Positions 23,806 to 39,289 of a stretch of 64,000 nucleotides of DNA are shown here, piece by piece. Position 1 is the first letter of the stretch. Every line of letters begins with the position of its first letter. Both the position numbers and the translations under genes were made by a program. The DNA is taken from positions 289,750 through 353,749 of the forward strand of contig NW_018408785.1 of NCBI RefSeq assembly GCF_002113885.1, read 5' to 3'. The DNA comes from Mizuhopecten yessoensis. Lineage: Eukaryota. The notes beneath the pieces are model-generated. The model ran no database searches. It saw only the letters and a list, made by a program, of their open reading frames with translations, and was not told the DNA's origin.

Positions 23806-25509
23806 TCATGGGTACATGGACATAACACGTTCGTCGCGGGAATTACCGCTACAAAAATACATGTCCATGGTGATCATGTAATGTTCTATTTATAACCTAT
23901 TCACTGGGGAGTTTCAAATGATATCATATCAACAGGTAATAATTATTAACAGATAATCAACGTACCTGCATTCTATTGGTCCGATTCGCAGAAAAAATGA
24001 AAGGTTTCGCTGTTCAAAGGGATCAAACTGTTAATGCTCTTTTGCCAGTGTAAAAAGGTTAATTGTATAATGCATGCTTTGTATGAATAATTTGTTGTAT
24101 AATGCATGCTCTTTGTAAAACACTTGCTTTATAAAGCATGATAAGAGTAAATTATTTCATATATCATATGCATTCTTAGTGTTAATTTTTCGCTAAGGAT
24201 ATAATGCATTGTTTAAATAAATCGTTATACATTATTAAAACATGTTTAAATTAACATACAAAATAAATATCCGACTATCGAGGTTCCACTTACACAGAAA
24301 TGATAAGTATAAATACTAACAAGGTTCAATTGCCTGTATGTATGAATAAAAACTTAACACCACGTTAGTATGAAACAGGTTTATTATGAGGAAATGAAAG
24401 ATACCAGCTCATTGGACCTGGATAATGAACATGTTGAGTGTTGAAATGTACAAAAGTAATGACACGCTACATCAAGTACAATGGAAGCAACGTATTTATT
24501 GTGTTATTTTGATTAAAACACACCTTTTTATATTTCCATTGACCGTTTGCACAGTAATAGAAATACGTTACTAAGATCAAACAACATAAACGAGTCTAAC
24601 ATCAATGTCCATACCAGCGATCTGTCACACACTATTGGACGTGCGTTGTCATAATCAGACAAAATAAACCATTTTGTGAGCATTGTCTGGATATACACTG
24701 ATGGACTGCACAGTTTAAAGTAACGATGATTTTCAAGAACTAGAACTTGAGTCGGAAATAAACGTTCCTCGTAACTTGCTTCACTCTGGAACACGTGACC
24801 ATTTAGAGAAATGGGAAAAGTACCTCCATACCTTTTCGCTTCCTACCGGATTCGGAGATGTGACGGCGGGTTGCAGAAAACAGGCTCGTTTCGTTCCCGC
24901 TAGCCTCTGAATGATACGTGAACGTATTTCAGTTGTTTTCTCCCTAATTCTGGTTGTGGAGAAAACCGAAGTTGCTTTCCACATTAGTTTGATACAAATA
25001 TAGTATCTCAACGACTCGGGATCAAGACTACCAGAAAACTGGAATAAACCTGACTTGGAGTGACTCCTATCCGTCCCCACCAGAAGACAGCTCTGTTTCT
25101 ACTGTCTTTACTCCGGTTGTGAACCCCGGGTAAGTCGGATACTCCAATATGGTAACTCCGGTTGTAAATGTCTGCACCATCTTGAGTTGCATTACACATT
25201 TTTCCGATGCTGTAACTCAGGTTGTGAACGACGGGAGAGTTCGGATTTGCATTCCGTAAAACTTTCCGATATGGTAACTCGGTTGTAAATGCCTGGATCA
25301 TCTGGAGTTGCATTACGCATTTCTCCGATACTGTAACTCAGGTTGTGAACGACGGGAGAGTTCGGATTTGCATTTCGCAAATGTTTCTCATATGGAGACT
25401 CCGGTTGGCAATGCCTTGCTCATCTGAAGTTGCATCCCGCTGAACCCTAAGCAGGATCACTAGGACTAAGTTGATTCTAATGATCATGATATGGTGTGTG
25501 ACTTTATGA

Positions 25510-27851
25510 CTAACCATACAGCAGTGTCATCCACTGGGGAGGGTCTCTCTTTACGATATGGTGTCCTGTCTTTCTCCTGAAAAACACAAAACACAAATAT
25601 TCATTAATATTCACAACGCATATGAATTTCCCAATTCATTCACTTTATTTCATACAATTCATGCACTTGCCTTGAAAAATGTTAAAACCAATCAGTAATT
25701 TGAAATCTATAAGATACTGGGGAATTCCCGAGCTAGTCTCTCCTACGAGTAAGTTGTTTTACCTTATGCTCCTTTTAAAAGGTAATGATTTTTTTTAAAG
25801 TTTTAGTTTCCATTTTAGGGTTGGAACGTTGAAGTGTTCTCAAACGGACTTTTACACTTCGTGTGTAAATAACAATCTCATAAATATTCAAAGAGATATG
25901 CAATTCCTCAAGTATAGGCCGACTTAGAGTGAAATTGGCATTATAAATCGAACCAATACGTCACCTTACAGAGCTTAGTGAGAAATGCTGGACTATAGAA
26001 ATCAAATGCGTAGTGTATATCATGTCGAAATTCTAACAGCTCATGTCGGCTAAAAGTAAAAGGATGCATTCTAAGGAATAGATATCTATGTTTTAATAAC
26101 CAGAAATGACTTGCCATGGACCTTTCGCATGTCATTGCTTTACATGTAAACTAAATAGAGAATAACCATGATCTATCACCCCTACAAGTTGGGGAAGAGA
26201 TACAAGAATAGACCTGCTGTTACCCACTGCATGATCGAAAGAGGAGACTAATACGGGGTTTTCGTCTGTGTCTTCTACTGAGAGGACATGCAAGACACCA
26301 ACTTTGAGCTTCTTCCATCATTACAACACTTGGGATTGTCTTCATTCTTTTCTATCTACTTTTCCTTTCCGGCGATGTCTGCCTAGGATCCCAACCATAT
26401 TTCGCCCTGACTGTTGCGAGGACGTTAACCAACAGACAAACAAACATAATCTGCATCAGGAGTTAGCCTTAAGATAAAGCTAAATCAAGTGAACCTACCT
26501 TGGAATATTCCACCTGTCTTTTCTTGCCGTTTCTTCGTCCGCATTTGGACTTTCTTGGTTATGGCTACGGTTCACCAAGCTTGGGACTCTCATGGTTTTC
26601 AGGGTTTTCGGTGAGCGGAGGACCCCGTCGGTTGTAGTCGCTGCCTCATGTACATCCTTTACTGATTGCTCGTTGACTACTGGTATGTAATCTTCGTCTG
26701 TCATCGTTACATCATTCTCTAAAATGCCTTCAAATATTTGGTCGTATGTCGTCATTATGGATGCGTCATCTTCTACTTTTCGTTTGTTGATTTCTAGTTT
26801 GTAAGTTTCGCCTGACACTGCTGCCTCATTGACTCTGTGAGTAAAATAACAAAAAAGTCTTCATTAAATTTAGGAACGATAAAATAGTTGGAAACGAGAA
26901 AACGATCAACTACTGACACACCAACAAACCAAAGGTAATTTGTTCATATAAGATTACACCATTTCGGATATTTTTCGTGAAGCATTGCTTACCTTTTTCT
27001 TCACCCCCCNGTATATTTGTACAATTGTACAGGGGAAAAGACCTTGAATATGTCCTAAATTACAGATTACACCACTTTAGAGTAAGATATCGTGCAATGT
27101 TTGGTTCGATGGTGCAATACCATTTATAACCACCTTAGTGTTGAAATATAGGTTTGTCCAAGGATTATGTTTTTAATCAATTGATTGTTTGTTTTAGTGA
27201 TATATAATGAGCGAGCGATATCAATTTATTACACGTATAATCTAAATTGTTAGAGATATAATATATAGATTAAGCTACAGTTACACACAAACATTCTAGC
27301 GCTGAAAACCGTAGCTCAATGTCCTATTGGTTATGTTATCAGTCATACGTACTTTATCCAGCTTGTTAAATACTTCGACCTTGAGTGTTCACTTTTCAAC
27401 TACATGCTTTGACATTAGACAAATCATTGTATTTCATTGGACATTTTCACGTCAGGCTTTCTACATTCTTCCAAATATTTACATAGAATAGTTAACAACA
27501 AATTGAACGGAAGTTTCTTATTTCAGTTTTTCTTTTAAAATGCATGTTTGAAGCAATAAAAAGTTCAGGTTCCATGCCATTTCGAACACATCCCGATCCC
27601 AAGTTAATATTATACCACCCTCATCAAGCAAGTATACTACTATTGTATGCCCTTATTTTGCATGAAAGTTAACGCATATCAATGCAGTATTTGCATAAGA
27701 CATTTGGTCCATATACAGTTCTGAATTACTTTTTTATTTTTTCAAACGCCAAAAACCTAACCCGTTGAAATACTTACATGTATCTGGCCTGTGAAAAGCC
27801 TAGTATCATAATGGTAGCGATGCCCAGCCATAAAATATGTCCAGTCTCCAT
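25510..27851 (-). CDS. Putative secreted peptide precursor A1 (158 aa, 3 exons)
   Basis: Exons 27851-27778 (METGHILWLGIATIMILGFSQARY), 26834-26499, 25576-25510 (...HHIVKRDPPQWMTLLYG*); canonical splice sites, both introns phase 2; single N at 27010 in intron. Confidence 0.7.
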
Positions 27852-28800
27852 GCCTGCTTCTTTCTGTGTTCCCTGTAGGTTGGTTGGTTGGTTGAGGTGT
27901 TTTACGTCTACACTTCACTAACGAAGTCTTGTCTCTTGTAGACATGGGTACGCGTTTATATCATGCTCGCCAGTGGAATTCCCGCTACCAAAATAGATCA
28001 TCGTGATAATCTTATTCTATTCTATTTATAACTTCTTGATTGGGGAGTGTCAAACGATAACATAACAACAAGTATAAGAAAGTCCACGTACCTGTTTGCT
28101 ATTGGTCCGTTTCGTGAAAATATAAAACAGAAAGTAGTTATTCTAAGAAAAAATCACAAGCAGTTTCATTTCGGACGGTAAACTAAATTACTAGATAGCC
28201 TTAGTTTATTATTTAGTTGTAAATATTTCTTAATGCTTCGTGACAATCTTTCATTATACAATACATGCGAGTATATGTAAATAAGAAATATCAACAATTT
28301 GAAGAAAATTTACCGTTCAAACATTTGACTGACTAAACAATGACAAGGACAAAGACTTCATTATCATAAACACTACTCACAGTGTAAAGAATTTATAAAC
28401 AAACATTTCTAAAACAAAATCTTAGTGTATATGTCTTTATGTATGTACATGGCATTGTTTTAAATGTCTGCTTATACAATATACATATACATGTTTGCGC
28501 TTACAAGTTTAAATACAAGTTAACAAAACTGATCATGATGATGATATCAGATGANNNNNNNNNNNNNNNNNNNNNNNNNNNNNNNNNNNNNNNNNNNNNN
28601 NNNNNNNNNNNNNNNNNNNNNNNNNNNNNNNNNNNNNNNNNNNNNNNNNNNNNNNNNNNNNNNNNNNNNNNNNNNNNNNNNNNNNNNNNNNNNNNNNNNN
28701 NNNNNNNNNNNNNNNNNNNNNNNNNNNNNNNNNNNNNNNNNNNNNNNNNNNNNNNNNNNNNNNNNNNNNNNNNNNNNNNNNNNNNNNNNNNNNNNNNNNN

Positions 28801-30190
28801 AGTAAATTGTAGTTTATTATTTATAATTAACTTTGTTTGTAAACAGCCATTTGTTTATATGTCATGTGCAACATTGTTGATTTTTAAGTTTTTAGGTGTG
28901 TTAGAGATACATGTGGATGAATATCATATATATATATATTATCTTAGTACCAGCATGTGTACCAAAATTTAGGTAAACGTAATGCTGTCAGGTTCTATTT
29001 ATAGATACAGAACAAAGAACATAGCTCAACAGTCTCCTACACTCTTCTTACACGTGATAATATGGTAATAATTATATTAGGGATGATGCTGATTGGCTTA
29101 AGTTATCACTAGGCAGGTCAAGGTTAATTACCATTGGTCAAGCGGTTAGCCACGCATAATTAATTAATGTTTTAAGAAACTATCGGAGCGTGCAGACGCA
29201 TTTTACATCAGCTTACCGTCATCCACCCCAACCTCCAACTTATAATTATTACAGTGTTCTTGAGTAAATTATTTACATACATATGCAAGTGTACCAAGGA
29301 GTACAGTAGCATAAGTAAACGGAGCAATTCGTGTTGTTAAATGTAATTTTATTGAATGATGAAAGAGCAGACACAAGTCGCATAGAGTGAAGTCATATAC
29401 AGATGTACATATACTTGTATATTTATTCAAATGTTATAGTACTGGGGCTATACCATGGTAGGGTATAGGGAATACAGATCAGAGGTATAAACTATGGGAG
29501 TTACAGGAGGTGCACAACACATATGTTGTTGTATTCAGCCCCCATGTTAATATACAGTTATACCTACATAATAAGGTGCCTATAAGTTATAATTAGGTAT
29601 CCTATAGATCCAGGATTTTTTAACAACGATGAATCCTCTCATGGGATTGGTACAGCATGGGCTAACGGGGCCCATGTGTCCGATCCAGGATTCAGGAAAT
29701 ATCCTCTCATGGGATCTATATCCAGAAAATTAGATCTAGATATCATACGGACCCAGGAATTTCCTGATCAGATATCCTCTCATGGGATCCAGGTATATGA
29801 GCTACTCATCATGTCTGGATCCAGGATTGTCAGAAATATCCTCTCATTGGGGTCCGTCTTTTGATAATGGGAAATCTCATCCAGCCGTTGGAACCAAGGG
29901 CGACCGTTTCGCTCCTGGGGGATATATTGGCAGTACTCCTGGGACAAGGGGTGAAAGTTCCTTCCTGGTAGGATAACGTCGTCAGTAATCCGTGAGATTT
30001 CCATAGCTTATATATGTGTAGTATGATATAGCCCCCAAGGCCAAACCTTAAATGTAGATGATCATGAAATGTATATATTTGTGTATTGTTTATTTCTTCT
30101 GTTATGTGTATAAATATGTGTATGCTGATGTATAATACATATACAACAATGTTGGTCATGATAACATTGCATACCTATACAGTAAATAAA
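28801..30190. mobile_element. Unclassified insertion between duplication units 1 and 2
   Basis: No counterpart in other units; internal degenerate repeats ATCCAGGATT..ATCCTCTCATGGG at 29607-29850. Confidence 0.4.
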
Positions 30191-30399
30191 TAGCATTTAT
30201 TAAGCTGTATCATATTGTTCTGGTTGTTTATAAATGTGTGAGTGTGAAAAAAATCGTTTGTATGAAATATTTTGAGAGTTGAATATCAATACATATTTAT
30301 TAATATTCCAAACAAAAATTCTGATAACGTCTGTGTTGATTAGGCGCGATGTAACAATAGGACAAAAAAGGTAGATGGGCTGCACTGTTCAAAGCAATG

Positions 30400-32725
30400 A
30401 AGACTAGAACAAGGTTAGGAAAACTACCGGAAATTGGAATAACCTTGACTTGGGCGACTACTTTATCCCCAACAATAAAGAAAGAATTAAGTCCCCCTCC
30501 CTCCGTAACTTCGGTTGTAGAATTTTGAGTTGCTTCATCAAGTCTTATAAACATAATCATCAGGATTTAGTTGATGCTTTTTGACTGACCATACAACCGT
30601 GTCATCAAATCGGGATGCTCTCTCTCTTTAGAATGCTGTTTCTTCTCTGGTTATTATACAGAACAATTTTTAACATCCGTAACTGATATGAAGCCGCATG
30701 CCGTAAAAGAATAACACATTGCCTTCACTATGGGAAGACTTTCAGCAAATATATCTACCTTGAATGCTCCAGACATTTCTTAGACTACATTTGGACTTTA
30801 TTGAGAAAAATCTCGAATGACAATGCTCCATGAGCTCACGTGGTTTTACAGTTTTCAATGAGCAGAGGATACCGCCGACCGTCGTTGCTACAATATGCGG
30901 ATCCTCTGCTCTTCGTTCTACTGGTTAAGTAGCCGCCCTTTGCCATCATTTTCTGATCAGCTACAACACATTAGTAGAACAATGATAGCTGTCGGCTGTC
31001 ATTGCTGTTGATGCTTCATCAACCCCATTTCTTTCTTTGACGTCTAGTGTGTATTCCCCGAGGTTTGCTGTAACTTTAATGGCAATACTTATCTTTTTTT
31101 AGTAGTGGTGCGGTTCTTGCTATAAAAAGTGTACTCATTATCATTTTTAAATTAACCAGCACATTTTTGAAATTGATGTAATTCAGGGGTTTATGCACTC
31201 CTCTTCTGTTTCTACTGTAGGTTAGTTCAAATTGGATTTCCGCCTTTTTGACCCATACCATCACCGATGAGTTCTAGAAGGACTAAAAAGCTATAGGGTG
31301 CAGTGTTATTAATTTTTGGTATGCTGTAGGCTATTTATTACCACATTAATTGTTAAGGTGTTCAGACTCTGCGGATGGATTTCATTGTCCTTAGGCTTAA
31401 GGTTTACATAACTTTGTTGGCCAAATTGATCTCTTTCGAGTAATTGTACGGTTCATAATATAGACATTACTCATTATTGATGTATACACGTCACTTGAAT
31501 ATTCCAAATTTTAAATTGCTTTGTCTAACCAGCCGTTCATACGAAACTTTTTTTTTGGTAAATCCCCCCTGGTGTTTGAAATTTATTTAATCAAGATGGT
31601 TTACGCAGTTTCACTTTTGTTTCAACAACAGATTAGACCAATTTTAATTGCCATCCTTTTTGGCCCCTAGCATCACCAATGAGTCCTAGAAGCATGGAAG
31701 AGCTGTATACTGCAGTGTTATCAACGTTTTCAGGTGCAACCACGGGTGTGTCTTTTCTTTTAAGAGTCTCTGGTATCAATGACTTCTGTTCATCCAGTAC
31801 AGATTCATCTTTTGGTCGGATTAATGACGTGGTATCATGTCGAATATATCAGGAATTACTGCTTGTAAATAACAACCAAAATATTCATGACATTAACATA
31901 TCCGGGGAGATATATACCATTGTTTGTTTGAAAAATGCAGCTGTTTTTTTGTGTTTTTTGTTTTATCAAATAGTGATATATATTTTAAAAACCATTCCCT
32001 CTCATTTCTGTTTATTGTTGACAGTTTAAATTTGTTAAATATTAGGAATTATCCAGGGGTAAATCCTGAACAGACTTGAATATAAAATATCACTGTGTTA
32101 CGAACCACCATGTATTTGTTAGGATAGTGCAATATCGTCTTTAAACAATCTTTATTTTGAAACGTAATTGTCGATTTGTATTTTATTGCATCAATTTATT
32201 TATTGCGTGATAAGTTATGAATTAGATTCAGTAACTCCTTAATAAATTAGACGAATAAATGTATGTGTCAAGTCTACAGTGACAAACAGGAAAAAAACAG
32301 TGGATAAAATAGTTCGAAAGAAACGATTTCATGTACTAAAAAATACGTCGGAAGGAATGAAGTGTTAAAATGTACCCATCCCATGTCATTTTGTACCGGT
32401 TCTGACCGCCAGTGAACATTGTTTCGCTCCTTCCCAAGGCAGTATGTTACGTCCTTATATGACCCTGGCTGTTACGTGGTCGTTATACCACAAACAGACA
32501 AGACAGTAGGTATAATACGTGTCCGTTGTAGCATAAAACTGTACAAATAGCAATTAACGATCTATATACGGCTATGAGTCAATGTACTCGGTTTGAATGC
32601 ATTTTTACATTTGACTGTCATACGCCAATACTTTATATATTGAAAATCTTGAATATATATTTTGTGGAAAAGTTTAAGACATAATGTTAGCAATGATCAA
32701 ATCCAGAACACGTGCAATCTCCACG
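30400..32725 (-). pseudogene. Decayed paralog B2
   Basis: Same exon relics as B1; ATG changed to GTG; stops and frameshifts. Confidence 0.6.
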
Positions 32726-32820
32726 TTGATCACGGGAATAACCGCTACCAAAATACATGTCCTTGGTGATCATGTGACGTTCTATTTATAACCTATTCAC
32801 TGGGGAGTTTCAAATGATAT

Positions 32821-33318
32821 AATTATAGTAAAATAATAATATACAACATTTATATAGCGCCCTATATAATTTGTAAAATTACTCTAAATCGCTTTACAAC
32901 ATATGGATAATAGTAATGCTTATAATTGTGAAAACAAAACACAAATGCTTACAATCACTTTTATACAGTTAAGCAAGCAATGTGCACACAATTGAACAAA
33001 TAAATGGTGGTATTTACATGACGTCTTTGCAAGGATTCTAAAATGCAGACGTGAAGAGGTGAGTTTTGATGTCCCTCTTGAACTTGGCAAGAGTATTTGA
33101 CTTTCTAATAGCAGATGGTAAGCTATTCCACAACGTAGTCGAAACCCTCCCAAAGCCTCTGTTTCCGTAGGTCACAGTACGAGATTTTGGGACACACAAC
33201 AAAGATTCTGACTCCGACTGCCGTGATCGTGACGGCTGGTACAGGGTAACAAGCTCCTGTAGGTACTGATGAGCTGGTCCAATCAGCGTTTTGTATGTGT
33301 ACACCAGAATTTTGTACA
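32821..33318 (-). mobile_element. 5'-truncated L2/CR1-group LINE (ORF2 C-terminus + 3' tail)
   Basis: YKILVYTYK...YGNRGF...LWNSLPSAIR...FKRDIKTHLF; tail GCGCTATATAAAT..(TAT)n; empty sites at ~23920 and ~50380. Confidence 0.88.
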
Positions 33319-36266
33319 TCATATCAACAGGTGATAATCATTAACAGATAATCAACGTACCTGCATTATATTGGTCCGCAGAAAACATGAAAGGGAAAGT
33401 AGTTTTTCTAAGAAAAATCACCAACACAAAAGAAATGCAGTTTCATTTTATACATCAGCTGTTATTACACAAAAATCAAAGCGAATAAAGGCATTTCGCT
33501 GTTCAAAGAGATCATTACGGTTAATACTTAGGTTTAACAGTAGTGAAATTGTCCAAGGTTGTATCTCAGACCAGTTACCGACGGGTTGGCAGTTTGAACC
33601 GTTATTTAATTTTAACATAATTACTTAATCAATTTCATTGTAATAGTGATATTATTTTTCTATTCAATTTAACATTAAGAAGTTATAATTCACTAAATAT
33701 TTGTAATATAGCATTTTCCAAGTTTGTTTAGCTACAATTTAGATTCGAATTCAATAACAATATATCATGCATTGTTATTATACAGCTATAAATAGAACAA
33801 TCGGATGAGACAAATGTCACATATTTTCAATTTGCTTATATCACTTCTTTGTCTGTTATTAAATAAGCAAATTCTATCAGAATACTTTGAAACAGTTTAA
33901 AAAAGTATCAAATTTATCTTTTAGTTCAACATCAGAGCGGTGACCAAAGAAAACTGATAACTTAAACACGGTGAAATTTCTGCAAATTTAAGTTGGTATG
34001 TATGGACAACGTACATGATTTTCACATTCTCGTCCGCTAAATGTAAGTTTTTCCCCTAATGGAGTCGGGGAGGTGGGGTGGGGTGGGGGNATTGAAACCT
34101 GTTTAAAGTAATTTCATAGTAGATTCTTATAATAGTTAGTTCTGTCTGACATCAATAGCTTTGCAAGGTATTTGCCTGCTAGACAGTTTCCTATGAACGG
34201 CTTGTTTCACAATGCATTACAAAAGTGGGAAAATCAAGCGACGTTTTTACATTTTTTCGTTAAAACAAAATATTTCTATCAAGTTAATTTATATGTGGTG
34301 TCGAATTTCTTTCTACAGTAAGCCGAATACTGGTTCAGTCCCTATTCCCTCATGTTGTCAAGATTGATCAAAACAACGTATTAACCTAACTGTTGTCACT
34401 TCTGTAAATAGACAGGCTAAAACACATTTCTGCAGTACTACTATCACAACAGGGAAACCACATTCCCATTGCTTCATTGTCTCAGTACTTTGATTGGATT
34501 TAAGTTTACATGGCAGTCGGCCAATGCACCTGGTTTAAATTTTAATGTTTGGCAATCAAACACCAATACTTTGTATTGAAGTGCACGTGTGCAAGTTATT
34601 CGGTTTATATAATGCATGGTGAGTAAAGTGTGAGTAACTTTCGTTTTCATAAGGCAAGCGAAGTCCTGGTATTAATATTGTATAATCATATAATAATCTT
34701 TTGCAAGTGTAAAAAGGTTAATTGTATACTATAGTAATGCATGCTTTGTATGAATAATTTGTTGTATAATGCATGCTCTTTGTAAATCACTTGCTTTATA
34801 AAGCATGATAAGAGTAAATTAGTTCATATATCATAAGCATGCCTAGTGTTAATTTTTCGCTATAGCTTTAATGCATTGTTAGTGCTCACTTAGTGTAAAC
34901 TTTTCTTTATATTTACAAAGTATGTTTTATGTAAAATATTCTCCATGTTTTTAAAACATGCTTAGTGTATTTAAATACATCGTTATACATTATTGAAACA
35001 TGTGTCAATTAACATACAAACAAAAGATATCCGACTATCGATGTTTAACTTACACAGAACTGATTAGTATAAATACTAACAAGGTTCAATTGCCTGTATG
35101 TATGAATTGAAAACTAAACACCATCTTAGTATGAAACTGTTTTATTATGAGGATATGAAAGATACCAGCTCATTGGACCTGAATAGGATGTGCTTTTAAT
35201 GAATATACCGAGTTTTATAATGTACAAAACAATGACACGCTACATTGAGCACACTGCGATCAACGTTTTGTGTTAATTTTAATTAAAACGCACCTTTTTA
35301 TATTTCCATTGACCATTTGCACAGTAATAGAAACACGTTACTAAGATCAAATAACATAAACGAGTCTAACTTCTGTGTCCATACAAGCGATCTGACACAC
35401 GCTATTGGAGGTGCGTTGTCATAATCAGACAAAATAAACTGTTGGTTGTGTCGGAGCATTGTCTGGATATACACTGATGGGCTGCATAGTTCAAAGTAAC
35501 GACGATTAGCACTAGGACTAGAACTTGAGTCGGAAATAAACGTTCCTCGTAACTTGCTTCACTCTGGAACACGTGACCATTTAGAGAAATGGACCACGTA
35601 CCCTCCATAACTCTTTGCTTCCTACAGGACTACAGGAGATATGACGACGGGTTTTAAAAAACGGGCTTGTTTCCATTCCCGCTAGATTCTCACTGATATA
35701 CGAACGTATTGCAGTTATTTCCTCCCTAATTCTGGGTTTAAAGAAAATCGAAGCTGCTTCCCATATTCGTCTGATACAAATTTGGTTTCGACTCGGGATC
35801 AAGACTACCAGAAAACTGGAACAAAACTGACTTGGAGTGACTCCTATCCGTCTCTAAAAGAGAAAAGCTCTGTTTCTACTGCCTTGACTCCAGTTGTGAA
35901 CCCCGGGTAAGTCGGATACTCCAATATGGTAACTCCGATTGTAAATGCCTGCATCATCTGAAGTTGGATTACCTGTAACTCAGGTTGTGAACGCCGGGAG
36001 TGTTCGGATTTGCATTCCTTAAAACTTTCCGATATGGTAACCCGGTTGTAAATGCATGGATCATCTGGAGTTGCATTACGCATTTCTCCGGTGCTGTAAC
36101 TCAGGTTGTGAACTATGGGAGAGTTCGGATTTGTATTTCGCAAATCTTTCCGATATGGATACTCCGGTTGGCAATGCCTTACTCATCTGGAGTTGCATTC
36201 CGCTGAACCCTAAACAGGATCACTAGGACTAAGTTGATTCTAATGATCATGAGATGGTGTGTGACT

Positions 36267-38623
36267 TTATGACCAACCATACAGCAGTGTCTCCCACTGA
36301 TGAAGGTCTCTCTTTCCAATCATGTGTCTTGTCTTGCACCTGAAAAACACAAAACACAAATGTTCATTAATATTCACAACGCATATGAATTCCCTATTCA
36401 TATACTTCATTTCATACAATTTATAACCAATCAGTTAATTAAATCTATAAAGTACTGGATAATTCAAGAGCTAGTCTCTCCTACCAGTAAGATGGTTTAC
36501 CGTATGTCACTACTTTTAAAAGGTAATGATTTTATTTTAAGATTTATTTTCCATTTAAGGATTGAAACAGTGAGTGTTCTCAAACGAACGTTTACACGCG
36601 CAATAAATAACAATCTCATAGTTATTCACAGAGATATGCAATCCTTCTAGGTTAGGCCATTCAATATTTCCAGGATAGGCCGACTTTGAGTGAAGCATTA
36701 CAAATCGAACCAATACTTGATTATCAGCAGACCGGTTACTGGACACCTTACGAACGGTATAACTTAGTGTTTCTCTCACCATAACACTCTCACCGATGTA
36801 GTTCAAAGCTTAGTGAGAAATTTACGGACTAAAGAAATAAAATGCATAGTGTATATAATGTCGAAATTCTAATAGCTAATGTTGGCCAAAAGTAATAGGA
36901 TACATTGTAAGGAATAGATATTTATTGGTTAATAGCCAGAAATGACTTGCCATGGACCTATCATATTTCACGTTATTGATATAGAGAATCTTAGTTTAGG
37001 TCCAAATATAGCTGTAACAAATTGTCTGGTCCCTGTGCCTGGCTAACTACGAGGACGTTAACCCACAAACAAACAAAACCATCATCGGTACCGCGAGTTA
37101 GACCTCAAATAAGGCTATATCAAGTGTACCTACCTTGGAATATTTGACCTGTCTGTTCTTGCCGTTTCTTTATCCGCAGTTGGACTTTCTGGCTCATGGC
37201 TAAGGTCCGCCAAGCTAGAGACTATCGTGTTTTTTTTTATGGTTTTTGGTGTTCGGAGAACCCCGTCGTCTGTCGTCGCTGCCTCATGTTCATCCTCTAC
37301 TGATTGTTCGTTGACTACTGGTATGTTATCGTCGTCTGTCATCGTTTCATCATTCTCTACAGTGCTTTCATATACGATTAATATTTGGTCGTATGTCGTC
37401 AATATGGATGCGTCATCTTCTACTTTTTGTTTGTTGATTTCAAGTTTGTAAGTGTCGCCTGTCACCGCTAACTTATTTTTATCCTCTATAGATTTGTCTT
37501 TAATTCTGTGAGTGAAATAACAAAAAAATGTTAATCAGATTTGGCAAAGAACAAACAATGGAAAACGAGAAAGCAATTCATTCATGACACACCAACAAAC
37601 CAAAGGTAAATTGTTCATATAAGATGACATTATTTCGCATATTTATCGTGAAGCATTGCTTACCTTTTCTACACCCACAACACCCTTCCCCACCCCATTA
37701 CCCACCAAACCAACCAGACATCTGTACCTTTTATTCACAACTATGGAAACATATATTTTTTTCAAAAGCAATTACCCCATTTTTGAGTTAATCAATAAAC
37801 ATTCAAATTGGGAAATAGTATATCGCAAAGGATTTAAAAACAATTACAGGGGAAAAGACCTTAAATATGTCCTGAATTAGAAATGAAATCACTGCTGGGT
37901 AAGGTACTGTGCAATGTTTGGTTCGATGGTGCAATACCATTTATAACCACCTCAGTGTTGAAATATGTTTTTCCAAGGATTATTTTTTTAATCAATTTAT
38001 TGTTTATTTTAGTGTTAGATATACGCCATTGACTTTCCAATGAGGGAGGATTATTAATTTATTACGTCTAAATTGTGAGACACACAACAAAAATATCCAG
38101 AACTGGAAACCGTAGCTCAATGTAAAATTGGTCATGTCATCGGCAATACGTATTCTATTTAGCTTGTTAAAAACTTCTACCTCGAGTGTTCGCTTTTCAA
38201 TTACATGGTTTGACATTAGATATACCATTATGTTAGCCTATGTGCTTTCTTCCAAATATTCATGTTGAACAGTTCACAATGAATTGATGAAATTTTTCCT
38301 TTCAGTTTTTCGGTTAAAATACATGTTTGAAGCAGTACAAAATAAGTACCCGTTCAATGTCATTTTGAACATATCCCGATCCCAAGTAAATATTATATCA
38401 CCCTTATTAAGTTAGTATTATTACAAGTGTATATCCGTTTTTGCATTAAAGCTAACAAATATCGATGACATTTGGTCAATATACAATTTTGAATTACTTA
38501 ATGTTTTTGCCTGTCAAACGCCAAAAACTTAACCCGTTGAAATACTTACATGTATCTGACATGTGAAAAGTCTAGTATCATAATGGTAGCGATGACCAGC
38601 CATAAAACACGTCCAGTATCCAT
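36267..38623 (-). CDS. Putative secreted peptide precursor A2 (172 aa)
   Basis: Exons 38623-38550 (MDTGRVLWLVIATIMILDFSHVRY), 37505-37134, 36339-36267 (...MIGKRDLHQWETLLYGWS*). Confidence 0.68.
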
Positions 38624-39289
38624 GCCTGACTCTGTGTGTTCCCTGTAGGTTGGTTGGTTGGTTGGTTGGTGTTTTACGTCTACACTTCACTAACGAAGTC
38701 TTGTCTCTTGTAGACATGGGTACACGTTTATATCATGCTCGCCAGTGGAATTTCCGCTACCAAAATAGATATTGTGACATTCTATTTATAACTTATGAAA
38801 AAAGACAGTCCACGTACCTGCTTGCTGTTGGTCCATTTCGTGGAAATATGAAACAGAAAGTAGTTATTCTAAGAAAATATCACAAGTAGTTTCATTTCGG
38901 ACGGTAAACTAAAAGACTAGATAGTCTTAGATTATTATTTAGTTGTAAATATTTCTTTAAGCTTCGCGAAAATCTTTCATTATACAATACATTCGAGTAT
39001 ATGTAACTAAGAAATATCAACAATTGTTGATGTATTTTTGAAGAAAAATGTCCGTTCAAACATTTGACTGACTAAACAATGACAAGGACAAAGACTTTAT
39101 TATCATAAACACTACTTACAGTGTAAAGAATTTCTATCCAAACATCTTAGTGTATATGTCTTTATATATGTACATGGCATTGTTTTTAATGTCTGCTTAA
39201 ACAATATACATATACATGTTTGCGCTTACAAGTTTAAATACAAGTTTACAAAACTGATCATGATGATGATATCAGATGACGTGGGATAC

